From: Promethearchaeota archaeon
Lineage (GTDB): Archaea > Asgardarchaeota > Lokiarchaeia > Sigyniarchaeales > SOKP01
NCBI GenBank assembly: GCA_029838195.1
Contig: JALGVJ010000017.1
Coordinates: 1-64,000 of the forward strand
DNA: 64,000 nt
Reading direction: 5' to 3'
In this document: positions 9,982 through 19,644 of the stretch, piece after piece
Numbering within the stretch: the stretch's first letter is position 1
How the letters are laid out: every line of letters begins with the position of its first letter
Translations under genes and position numbers: made by a program
The notes under the pieces: generated by a model
What the model saw: only the letters and a program-made list of their open reading frames with translations
Told to the model about the DNA's origin: nothing
Database searches by the model: none

Positions 9982-10303
9982 TCATCTCTTTTTAATTTTA
10001 TAATAAAAGCAATTTATAGAATAAAAATTAAAACCCAGTTGAAATTTTTTTAATTATCTTGATATCGTTCCTATTTTTGAATTTGTTAAGAAGGATAATT
10101 TTTTTAAAGATTGTTTCGCAAATGAAATCTTTATTAATATTTTAACTAAAGAACATTAATATTTTTGAATTTTGTATCAATTTAATTTTAAGAGCAATTT
10201 GCGAATTAGGAACTGGGTTTGCTTCAATCCAAGTATAATTTGACCTGATTTCATAAAATACATGTTCAAAATAATTATAGATTATAGTTATTTTTAAATA
10301 GAA

Positions 10304-10814
10304 TAGCAATTCATTGAAAAAAGGAGAAATCCATACTATGTCCGTTGATATAATAAATATGGAAGATCGAGGGGAAGCTGAAGTGGTTCAATTATATTTA
10401 CAGGACGTCGAGTCTAGCGCGGAAAGACCACTAAAAGAGCTAAAAGGATTCAATAAAATCTTTTTACAACCAAAAGAAAGAAAGTCCTTTCAATTCACTC
10501 TTACAGAACAAGATTTAAGTTTCTTCGACGAGAAAAGCATGATCTGGAAATCAGAACCAGGAACATTTAAAGTTCTTATCGGAAATTCCTCTAGAAGCAT
10601 ATTCCAACAAGCGGAATTTGAATATATTGAGTGAACGGATTCTAATGCGCCACTATTTAATTATTTTTAAAAAGATTTTTTACTTTTTATTTTTATTACC
10701 CATAAAATTATTGAATAATATGAAGGGGGATTTACCTTTTTTAAATGAAAGAATCCCTTTTTTACTGCTAAAAAATGGATGTTGCTAAATTTTCCATTGC
10801 CCCTCTTGATAAAT
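10304..10814. repeat. Right copy of ~0.5-kb imperfect direct repeat
   Basis: Matches 7532-8036, including an identical core of about 70 bp (CAATTCACTCTTACAGAACAAG...AAATCAGAACC). Confidence 0.95.
10314..10634 (+). pseudogene. 5'-truncated duplicate of the GH3 C-terminal Fn3-like domain
   Basis: 106 aa closely match the last ~106 aa of 5832..7862; homology begins abruptly at 10304. Confidence 0.88.
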
Positions 10815-11894
10815 TACTTTACCATCAGCAATAATTTTTGAACCGGGAACTTTCATGTCTTTAATGAGATCCCAATGAATGCTTGATACATTTTTGGAGC
10901 CTGTCTCGGAATAACCACTCCCGATGGCACAATGAATGGTTCCCCCTAGTTTTTCATCAAACAAAATGTTTTTGGAGAAGCGCGTGATTCCATGATTCAT
11001 TCCAATAGCAAATTCCCCCATGATGTTGGCATTTTCGATGGTTAATAATTCTTTTAACAACTCCTCTCCTTTCGTAGCAGTAGCTTTTATCACCTTGCCA
11101 TTTTGAAATTCTAAATAGACATTTTCGATTTCTCTTCCATTATATATACCCGGATACGTGAATCTAATATGCCCATTCACGGAATCTTCCACCGGCCCGG
11201 TAAATATTTCTCCATCCGGCAGGTTTTTCAAGCCACAACAATTTATCCAAGTTCTTCCTTTTACGGATAACGATAGCTCTGTGTCTTCTCCTAATACTTG
11301 CAGGTCATTAACGGTATTTAAAAAAGAGACAATTTGTTCTTGCTTTTCCCCCAATTTTTGCCATTCCAAGATCGGATTTTCCTTATCTAAAAATAAAGCC
11401 TTTTCTACAAAGTCGAAATATGAATCGAGGTCCATGCTCGCTTCTTGCGCGTGTGCTTCACAAGGAAACGGCACGACCGTCCATCTTAATTCTCCCTTAG
11501 CAGACCGCTCTTGAAAAATCTTGCTCAATTCTTTACGGGCTGGAGCTCCTCTAAATTTAGCAAGGACTTTTGGATCTATTAAACTAAATCTACGTGTATT
11601 ATAATCGGCATGAATTCGAATAAACCCATTAAATTCCTCATGGATTGCTTTTGTTAATTTATCTACGTATAATAATTGTTCTTCTGAAGCATGCTTGAAG
11701 AAAAGCTCTTGAATGCCTTCAATTTCGATGTCTAACCAAGGATGTCCTCCAGCTTTCAAGATTTCAACAAATAGTGCTTGAATGAATTCCTTTGCCAGTG
11801 CTGGCCCCATGATGCGCACTCTATCTTCCTTTTTCACTTCCAGAGAATAATTCACGACTAACTTTGCGAGTTTTCGAAAAAATGGATTTAACAT
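10785..11894 (-). CDS. Aminopeptidase, M29 family (AmpS/AmpT)
   Basis: NLPDGEIFTGP, GEFAIG, ILFDEKLGGTIHCAIG, SSIHWD. Confidence 0.95.
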   Translation of the reverse strand: MLNPFFRKLAKLVVNYSLEVKKEDRVRIMGPALAKEFIQALFVEILKAGGHPWLDIEIEGIQELFFKHASEEQLLYVDKLTKAIHEEFNGFIRIHADYNTRRFSLIDPKVLAKFRGAPARKELSKIFQERSAKGELRWTVVPFPCEAHAQEASMDLDSYFDFVEKALFLDKENPILEWQKLGEKQEQIVSFLNTVNDLQVLGEDTELSLSVKGRTWINCCGLKNLPDGEIFTGPVEDSVNGHIRFTYPGIYNGREIENVYLEFQNGKVIKATATKGEELLKELLTIENANIMGEFAIGMNHGITRFSKNILFDEKLGGTIHCAIGSGYSETGSKNVSSIHWDLIKDMKVPGSKIIADGKVIYQEGQWKI

Positions 11895-12364
11895 TTTTAC
11901 ATGGCCCCAGTTAATAATTCATGAGAAATATAATTAATAAAAATACTTCTCCCATATATATTAATATTGTTTGCTCAATAATTATGGATTTCTATTTCTT
12001 TTTATCTATCCTAATTGATTATATTATTTTTTTGAATCGAATTTCTTTTTCCGTGAGATCGTGCTAAATCAAAAAGAATTAATACTAATTTCTAATAAAA
12101 AATCTTCCTCATTTTTCGCCATCGAAGCCATTGCCATGGCCTTGCTTGTCAGATAGAATGAAATACTAATTTCTGCTTTAAAAATCTAAAAATTGATACA
12201 TGGAATGAAGGCTTCCACCTACAAATTTTATCTTACTAGAATTTCGCAAAATATTTAAATTTAAATGAGAAAATCAAACGGATATTTCCCATGTTTGCTT
12301 GCTCTTTAAAGTTGTCATTTCTAAAATTTATAGTTAGAGAAAAAAGAAAAAAAAAAGGAGTAAT

Positions 12365-13786
12365 TTATTTCTGATTCTTCATGAGCTCTTTCAATTTTTT
12401 GTGTTTTTCTTCGTGCATTTTTAATATTTCTTTTTGAATTTTAGCCCAATACTCTCCTTTTAAGGGGTAAAATTGAAGAATCAATACTTCTAATAATAAT
12501 GCTATGCCCGGAATGAGTCCAATGAATAATCTAATAGCGAATAAAGCTGCTGCGGGCTGTAAATCTGGGCGCGCGATGCCGCCCGTTTGGCTCCTTGGGA
12601 TGAACCCAGTAGCGGCCAATAATGCCACAGGAATGGCCAAAGCAAGACTCTGAGCAGGCTTTGTAATCAATGCATTTACTCCAAAAAACATGGCTTCCCG
12701 CCGAACGCCCGTGCGCACTTCATCTTCATCCGCAACTTGAGCAAATAGAAGATTTGTGAAAACAAGTGGACCAACAAATCCAAAACCTGCTATTGCGATG
12801 CTTACAAAGATTAATTCATTAGTGGGCATGAACGTCAACAAGATGAGGCCTATTCCCCCTAGTATTAAAAGCAATTGATCGGCTCGTACCACATCGAATT
12901 TTTCAATCAGCTTAGGTGTAATCCAAATTCCTACAAGCAACGGAATGAATACAAATAAAATAAGAATAATTGAAGAGGTTTGAGTGACATAGTCGCCTAA
13001 ATAAAATAGCGAGCCGAGAATCAAGGATTGGAGGAGGATGCTCATGAAATTGGCAACGACAGCAATGATAAACGCCTTGCTTTTAAAGGTAAATTTTATC
13101 ATATCAATCATTCCTAAAGGCTCATCAACAATCGTGAATTCTGGTCTTTCTTTGAATTTATATGTCGTAAAAATGATGAGCGTGCTTCCAATAATGCCCA
13201 CGGCGATCATAGACATGCGCAAAGGAAGGAGGGATGCTTGATGACGAAACAGGTCGGGAATAATGAAGCCAAAAATCGTACCTATTAAACCTAGAAAGGA
13301 GCTTATTACTTGAAGTCCATTCCTTTCCTTTTCATCTTCAGTTATCTCAGGCAGGAGGGCAGAGAAGACGAGGAAAATGATGGTATATGCCGTATCATAG
13401 AGGAGCATGGTAATTAACATCCACCAAAAAAGTTGCATTTCAGAAAAACTCGGATCAGCAAACCATACCAAAATAAAGAATATCCCCAAAAAAGGAGCAG
13501 TATAACGCATGAAAGGGATTCGACGTCCTTTCTTTGATTTTGTTTTATCTGAAATGACACCAAATAAAGGATCGTTGATTGCGTTCCATATGGCATAGAT
13601 TATGGAGACAATATAGATAATTCCTGCATTTTCGACAAGACCAAGATAATCGGTGTAAAATATGGGGAGTAAACTAGCATAAATGCCCGAAATTATAGAA
13701 CCACCTAAACTGGCAAATCCCCAATAAAAGCGCTCCTTAATCGTGAATTTTCTGGGTCCCATGGTTTCTGTAGACGCATTTTCCAT
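12365..13786 (-). CDS. MFS transporter, GPH (glycoside-pentoside-hexuronide) family
   Basis: WNAINDPLFGVISDKT...GRRIPF, DEDEVRTGVRREAMFFG, about 12 TM helices, terminal FYPL. Confidence 0.93.
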   Translation of the reverse strand: MENASTETMGPRKFTIKERFYWGFASLGGSIISGIYASLLPIFYTDYLGLVENAGIIYIVSIIYAIWNAINDPLFGVISDKTKSKKGRRIPFMRYTAPFLGIFFILVWFADPSFSEMQLFWWMLITMLLYDTAYTIIFLVFSALLPEITEDEKERNGLQVISSFLGLIGTIFGFIIPDLFRHQASLLPLRMSMIAVGIIGSTLIIFTTYKFKERPEFTIVDEPLGMIDMIKFTFKSKAFIIAVVANFMSILLQSLILGSLFYLGDYVTQTSSIILILFVFIPLLVGIWITPKLIEKFDVVRADQLLLILGGIGLILLTFMPTNELIFVSIAIAGFGFVGPLVFTNLLFAQVADEDEVRTGVRREAMFFGVNALITKPAQSLALAIPVALLAATGFIPRSQTGGIARPDLQPAAALFAIRLFIGLIPGIALLLEVLILQFYPLKGEYWAKIQKEILKMHEEKHKKLKELMKNQK

Positions 13787-13918
13787 TTTTCATGACCTTT
13801 TTAATTTTTTAAATAATTATGTAGATTTTATTGTACTTAACTTTATTCACTTTTATATAAATTTTCGCTTTTTTTAATAATAATAAATTTTCTACGAATC
13901 ACAATATCATGGGATTTT

Positions 13919-14728
13919 TTAAGGTATTAAGCCTAATTCTTTAGGTGTTGGAAGATAATGCTCTCTGGGAGGACCACTCATGCGCTTTACAATATAACAA
14001 TAAATTAATTCATGTTTTAATTTTTTAATTGAATTCTCATTTGGTTTGAACTCAACTTTCCTAAATCCTTCAGCGAGATACGGAGCCGTATGGATCATTC
14101 TCGAATAATAATATATTCCTCTTATAAGTTTTAAATATTTTAAACCAAGTGGACTTATTTGAGAAGCGTGTTTTGATAGAGCTTCCATTTGAATGGATAA
14201 ATCTTTAATGGTGATATAAAAATTAGGATTAAATGAATGATATAAGAGAAGGAGGGGTCTTTGGAAAGGTTTCATGGATTTAATTGCTACATAAACCAAC
14301 CATCCAGTATGGAGATGATCGGGATGTAAATCTAAGGAAAAGAAACTATCGGGTGCGATTACCACGTGAGGCTTGAGGTTTAAAATTAATGTCTTAAGTT
14401 TTAAAAACACCCGTTTATTAAAAGGAAGATACCCATCTATTTCACCGAACCAAATCAAATTTATTTTTGGCTTGCCATCAAGTTTAGTTCCGTAGGCTTT
14501 TGCGGCTTCTCTCATCTCATGTTTCCGTATTCGTCTAATTCTTTTTCCTTTAAAATCATTTCTGGAGGTGCCATACTCATCCGACGTCATTAAAACTTCA
14601 TGGACTTCCCATCCTAAATCTAGTGCTTGCTTGATGGTACACGCACATGTAAATTCCGCATCATCAGGATGAGGATTGATGATTAGCAATTTCATTATTT
14701 TGGATTTATTTTGCGTGTTTTTTAACAT
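13919..14728 (-). CDS. PIG-L/LmbE family deacetylase
   Basis: NPHPDDAE, R..E...A, HPDH, HASQ. Confidence 0.9.
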   Translation of the reverse strand: MLKNTQNKSKIMKLLIINPHPDDAEFTCACTIKQALDLGWEVHEVLMTSDEYGTSRNDFKGKRIRRIRKHEMREAAKAYGTKLDGKPKINLIWFGEIDGYLPFNKRVFLKLKTLILNLKPHVVIAPDSFFSLDLHPDHLHTGWLVYVAIKSMKPFQRPLLLLYHSFNPNFYITIKDLSIQMEALSKHASQISPLGLKYLKLIRGIYYYSRMIHTAPYLAEGFRKVEFKPNENSIKKLKHELIYCYIVKRMSGPPREHYLPTPKELGLIP

Positions 14729-14935
14729 GTTATAAACCCTTTAGTCTATTTGAGTCTAATCTATAAATTACAATGATTTTATTAAATTAGAGGTAAGAAT
14801 TATAAGCTTTTAAAATTTTGATAACATGCGAGAGTAAATATTCAAGATTATTAATTTGAATTGGTATTTTCTTTTCATGAAAAGTAAAATTTTAAAATAA
14901 ATATGAATGAAAATATTAAATATTTTCCAATTTAA

Positions 14936-15373
14936 ATGCACGTCTTTATCATAAAAGCTGAAGATCACATTAAACGTTATCTAAGGATGAAATCTACAAT
15001 TAATGAATTATTAAAAAAACCTCTTTTAAAACGTGATCATGCATCAATTTTAATTCTTATTCATTGGGCTTCTTATCATTTAGTGTCAACAATCATTGAT
15101 CAATTATTAATACCCGAAAAATTGAAACATAGAAATCATCGAGGAATTAAAAAGACACTTAAAGATACAGAAATAATGAAAATTCTTGGAAAAGATGCCA
15201 ACAAGATTTTGAAATTGTATAATTTATTAGAAATGGATTTTTCTTCAAAATTCCAATATGGATATATTAATAATATTCCGGATTATAGTAGAGTAATTCA
15301 AATTTTAAGAGAATTAGAGGAAATTTGTAAAAAAATTACAAAAAAGGTGCAAAAAGAAGTTGGAAAAAATTAA
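14936..15373 (+). CDS. HEPN-like protein (UPF0332-type), partner of MNT
   Basis: Predicted all-helical 145 aa; WASYH...RNHRG...FQY pattern; overlaps the downstream MNT gene by 14 nt. Confidence 0.6.
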   Translation: MHVFIIKAEDHIKRYLRMKSTINELLKKPLLKRDHASILILIHWASYHLVSTIIDQLLIPEKLKHRNHRGIKKTLKDTEIMKILGKDANKILKLYNLLEMDFSSKFQYGYINNIPDYSRVIQILRELEEICKKITKKVQKEVGKN

Positions 15374-15806
15374 AATTAACAATTCTCGGCTAATTATTGA
15401 CTTAACACCCATTAAAACATTTGCTGAAAAAATTGGAAAAAGATATCCTTTTCTTCTCTCAATTTATTTATATGGAAGCGTGGCTCGGGGAGATGCTGAT
15501 AAAGAGAGCGATATTGACATTTTAATTATAGCAGAGGGAAATCCTTCTGAAATTTATTTGATATTATTTAAAGATGAAGATTATAAAAACTTAGAAGATT
15601 GGGCTTTTGAAATTGTTGAAGGAGGCCTGAGTATACTTATTTGTAATGAAAAAGAAATAACTCAACATTTCGATACATTAATTAATAAAATTCTGATAGA
15701 GGGCATTTTATTACATGGAACAAATCTTGAAGTAATTTTAAGTAAATATCCTACAAAACATGATGCTCATGAATCGAATTTATTGGATCTCATGAAAACA
15801 TTATAG
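15360..15806 (+). CDS. Minimal nucleotidyltransferase (MNT)
   Basis: IYLYGSVARGDADKESDIDILII signature; C-terminal EGILL. Confidence 0.92.
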   Translation: MEKIKINNSRLIIDLTPIKTFAEKIGKRYPFLLSIYLYGSVARGDADKESDIDILIIAEGNPSEIYLILFKDEDYKNLEDWAFEIVEGGLSILICNEKEITQHFDTLINKILIEGILLHGTNLEVILSKYPTKHDAHESNLLDLMKTL

Positions 15807-16025
15807 AAAATAAATCAAATATTTTTTAATTATTTACTTTAATCATATTAATGAAATTTCTTCAAAACTCTTGTAGATAATTCTATATAAATCGAATAAG
15901 ATTAGATTTTGAACGGAATTTTAGAATATTATAGAAATCATTTCACTTTTATCCGAAAGAATAAAATAATAACAATATCAAATTTATTATTTTAAATTGA
16001 TTAACATCATCTCGAGGAGTTTTTC

Positions 16026-16859
16026 ATGAATGATAAAAAATTAAGTATTATGGCGATTTTTGCTCATCCGGATGACCTGGCATTTTCTTGCGCGGGCACT
16101 TTAGCGCGGTGGGCAGAAGAAGGGCATGAGATTCATGCAATTTGCGTCACGACTGGAAATGTCGGCACGTTAAGAACGGATTTAACTTTAGATGACGTGG
16201 CCCAAATGCGAGAGAAAGAATTACGAGCTTCTAATGAAATTCTCGGAATTAAAAATACTATCATGTTAGGATATCCTGATGGAGGATTCATTGATGGAAA
16301 GAAACTTCGTAAGGAGTTGATATATCATATTCGAGCCTTAAAGGCGGATCGGGTCGTAACGTTTGATCCTTGGCAAAAATACGAAGTCCATCCGGATCAC
16401 ATGATGGTAGGAAGAATGGCAGCGGAAGCGGCCGCTTTTGCCGCATTTCCCTTACTTTATCCCGATCAAATAAAGGGAGGAGTATCCCCTTATTCTTGCT
16501 CGGAAGTATGGTTCATGGGTATATTAGGCCACGCACCTAACATGTATGTGGATATATCTTCCACCTTCCAAAAAAAGGTGGAATCAGCATTAAAGTTTGA
16601 AGCAACATTAACCCTCTTGGCAGATCTCTTTGCGCCTAATATTGACCCCGCCAATGTTTCACCTAAAGAACTCAAAAAATTAACAAAATACGCCCAAAGA
16701 TTACTTCGTTCCATGGCGATAGCCATTGGGAAAAAAGTAAACTTAGAGGTTGCGGAATGCTTTTTCATGCAGAAAACGCTTCCCGGTCATTTCGATAATT
16801 TTCAAATGCTCATGAGCGAAATGTTAGGAAATCCACCCGAAAAACCAAAAGTAATTTGA
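16026..16859 (+). CDS. PIG-L/LmbE family deacetylase
   Basis: FAHPDD, REKEL, LGYPDG, HPDH, VDIS. Confidence 0.92.
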   Translation: MNDKKLSIMAIFAHPDDLAFSCAGTLARWAEEGHEIHAICVTTGNVGTLRTDLTLDDVAQMREKELRASNEILGIKNTIMLGYPDGGFIDGKKLRKELIYHIRALKADRVVTFDPWQKYEVHPDHMMVGRMAAEAAAFAAFPLLYPDQIKGGVSPYSCSEVWFMGILGHAPNMYVDISSTFQKKVESALKFEATLTLLADLFAPNIDPANVSPKELKKLTKYAQRLLRSMAIAIGKKVNLEVAECFFMQKTLPGHFDNFQMLMSEMLGNPPEKPKVI

Positions 16860-16946
16860 ATTTAAATCAGTTTTTTTTTATTTTTAATTTCTCGTCTAAA
16901 AAAACAAGATCTTGAATCTAATTTTTAAAGATTTCTGTTTTGCTTT

Positions 16947-17840
16947 TTATCGTCGTTTATACTTGTTCACGTCAAAAGGAATGCGCTCTCCGGTATCTAC
17001 GATTCTTCTGACAAACTTTTTCTTGCTTTCTTCGACCATCTTTTTAGCCGGCATAAATTTACGTGCCGGGCGCCCAATATATATCCAATCGGGTTCTAAA
17101 ACTTGGTTTATCTGCGTGACGGCCCAAATTCCCACTGTACTTCCTTTCCCAATCACGGTTCCCGGAGCAATCACGCAATTTCCTCCCAATACCACGTGAT
17201 CTCCTATAATGGTTTTCTTGATTAAGAGTTTATCTCCAATAATCATGCTGGAGAGCACCACGGCGCCTTGCCCGATCATCATGTTATTTCCAAATTCAAT
17301 AAACTCTACATCCGTCCACCCATCAAACATGGTGGACTTGAAATCAGCACGCATGTCGCACGTTTTATACGCCATATTTGCTACCCAGGGAAAGCAAAAA
17401 TTATTCCAAATCCAAAAGATGAATTTTTTTACTGTCACCCTCAAACAATAAAATTGATAATCCCGATTATCCCCTTTTATATCAAACAACCCTTCTTTCG
17501 GAGCATGAATTAATTTTAAAAGGATGAGCACGAGCTTGCCCAATACGAGGCTAGTTAGTATATAAGTACCCCACCATGCTAAAATATCAATAACAATGAA
17601 ATAGATTCGCCAGTGAAAAAAATTACCATGCAATGCATCCGTAAAAAACGTCAGAACCATTACTAATGGCATCATTAACGAGACGCAATGAAGAAAAATA
17701 TAAAGAATTATCGCCGTGGGTGTCCAAGCAAAGGTTCCCGTGGTAATGGGAAGATTTAAAAGAAGATCATTTCCTAATTCCACGTCCTCAGATTTTTTTA
17801 GAGATTGTTTTGCTCCTTGCATTTCCTGTTTCCTATTCAT
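16947..17840 (-). CDS. Membrane protein with left-handed beta-helix (acyltransferase-like), one TM-hairpin/LbH unit
   Basis: Two TM helices, PKEGLF...Y motif, hexapeptide repeats IIGDHVVLGGNCVIAPGTVIGKGSTVG, YIGRPAR. Confidence 0.8.
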   Translation of the reverse strand: MNRKQEMQGAKQSLKKSEDVELGNDLLLNLPITTGTFAWTPTAIILYIFLHCVSLMMPLVMVLTFFTDALHGNFFHWRIYFIVIDILAWWGTYILTSLVLGKLVLILLKLIHAPKEGLFDIKGDNRDYQFYCLRVTVKKFIFWIWNNFCFPWVANMAYKTCDMRADFKSTMFDGWTDVEFIEFGNNMMIGQGAVVLSSMIIGDKLLIKKTIIGDHVVLGGNCVIAPGTVIGKGSTVGIWAVTQINQVLEPDWIYIGRPARKFMPAKKMVEESKKKFVRRIVDTGERIPFDVNKYKRR

Positions 17841-19446
17841 CTAAAATTCCTCCTAAAAATTTTTTTAATTCTTCTTTTTCAATTACTTTAACGGGAAATC
17901 CACCATATATTTTATTTCCGTTTAATTTATCATATTTTACCGTCGTTCCCATGGGTAAAAGAGTAGTGTTATTTCCCATTTCCGTGCCGGGAAGCCCTCC
18001 CGTTAAAGCGTTCAATATGGAATTATCGCCAATGGTGATTCCGAAAAATGTTAGATTTTCCTCTCCATATACACCATCTACTAGATGGTTGGTCATGTGA
18101 GCAAACGTTCCTAAATAACAGTTATTTCCAAAATTAATATGGCTATGAATGTAGGTCTCCTCAAGTACCGTGTCTTTTCCAACCTTATTCGAGCCTAAGA
18201 GTCTTAATTCCCAATTTAATAACCAAGGAAAAGGAGAATGAGCAACAGCAAATATCGGATATTTGAATAAGAAGGAACGCACGTGATAATAATCTATTTC
18301 TCGCGACGATGCGTCTAAATTCCTATCAAATACACCTTGAACGGCTCCATGCTTTTCTGCATATTTATAAAACCAACTGGTTATCAAGGCAATAAAAAAT
18401 AAATGAAGTAAGTATATTCCAATAAATATTAACGGTGTAGATATTAAGATCTGAAGGACCGGCAAGCTAAGCAATTTTTCGAGAGAAAAAGGCGTGCTAA
18501 GAAAATGGGGAACAAAAAATCCAAAAAAATAGAGAACGAATAAAAACCCCGGCAACACATACGAGCCCCCGATAATGATTAATCCACATAAAATATAAAA
18601 TAAGAACGGGATTGATAGTTCTTTAGGTGCCTCAGTAAGAAAACCAGCGGGAAGTTCTGCTAATCCTTGTTCTTTAAAAAACACTTGCTCTAATCTTTTT
18701 TCTCTAAATAAATCTTCTCTTAAGGCTATTTTCTCAGCAGGAATTCCTTGATAAATAGCATTCTCCTCTAAATGTTGATTCACTGTGGTCATGGAATTCG
18801 TGTCTAAAATGGTATTGGATTCCATGATTGTACCTGGCAAAATGATTGAGTGGATTCCCACGATTACATTATCTCCGATGATTACTTTTTTGATAATTAA
18901 TTTATCTTGTATCAATAAATTAGAAGTTATCAGGCTGCCTTGCCCTATCCGAACGTTTTTTCCTAATTGAATGAATTCCGAATCAATCCAGCCTTCATGA
19001 AGACTGTTTGAAAAAGACGTTTTCACGCCAAAGCATTTCAATGCTAAGATTTCAAAAAAAGGAAGATTTAACTGCCGGCATAACCACGCAGGCCATTTCT
19101 TTACGATATTTCTCAAGCTCCAATAACAATAATCTTTATCATCTCTTGTTCTAATAAACACGCCCTCTCTTGGCTCGTGAATGAGATTAATGACTAGTAA
19201 AAATATTTTCGCCACGAGAATCGAGCTAAAAATAAACAAGAACACGCCTCCCATGAATATGAATGGGAAGGCAATGAAGAATATCAAATTTAATCCCGGT
19301 GGAAACAATTGCCAGACGTACCAGAAATAAATGAGGGGCGGCTGGGCGCTTAACACGATAACTAGAAAATAAAGGATTAAATATCGCTTTTTTACTAATG
19401 TATTAGTCGTGCGAATTCCTAATCGTAATGAGGAAGGGATGGAAAT
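17833..19446 (-). CDS. Membrane protein with two TM-hairpin/LbH units (ORF track start 19356; frame open to 19464, probable ATT start 19446)
   Basis: PREGVF...YCYWSLR, IIGDNVIVG..SIILPGT, YQGIPA; second unit GVFDR...YYH, ITIGDNS, YGGFPV. Confidence 0.78.
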   Translation of the reverse strand: MSIPSSLRLGIRTTNTLVKKRYLILYFLVIVLSAQPPLIYFWYVWQLFPPGLNLIFFIAFPFIFMGGVFLFIFSSILVAKIFLLVINLIHEPREGVFIRTRDDKDYCYWSLRNIVKKWPAWLCRQLNLPFFEILALKCFGVKTSFSNSLHEGWIDSEFIQLGKNVRIGQGSLITSNLLIQDKLIIKKVIIGDNVIVGIHSIILPGTIMESNTILDTNSMTTVNQHLEENAIYQGIPAEKIALREDLFREKRLEQVFFKEQGLAELPAGFLTEAPKELSIPFLFYILCGLIIIGGSYVLPGFLFVLYFFGFFVPHFLSTPFSLEKLLSLPVLQILISTPLIFIGIYLLHLFFIALITSWFYKYAEKHGAVQGVFDRNLDASSREIDYYHVRSFLFKYPIFAVAHSPFPWLLNWELRLLGSNKVGKDTVLEETYIHSHINFGNNCYLGTFAHMTNHLVDGVYGEENLTFFGITIGDNSILNALTGGLPGTEMGNNTTLLPMGTTVKYDKLNGNKIYGGFPVKVIEKEELKKFLGGILDE

Positions 19447-19644
19447 CTTATCTTCACGTCCTTTTTAGATAATTCTTACTTCTAATTATAAAAAAAATAA
19501 ATACATGATTACTTAAATCTTACTATCAACCATCTTCAATTTATCTTAACTCTCTTTCAGTTTCTTATTTCTTTCGAATCGAAAAGATTGAACTTTAAAT
19601 AAAATCCACCCCTTATAAATATATTATTATTTCATGAAAACCTC

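Larger units (their letters stand above)
8037..10303. mobile_element. Putative inserted AT-rich two-gene cassette bounded by long direct repeats; no integrase or transposase
   Basis: Lies exactly between the two repeat copies; visibly more AT-rich than the flanking genes; accessory-type gene content. Confidence 0.65.

Noticed and set aside
12090-12160. Short hydrophobic frame (FFAIEAIAMALLVR*) in the aminopeptidase-MFS intergenic region, possible gene remnant
   Set aside because: Too short to assign; no start or extended homology visible
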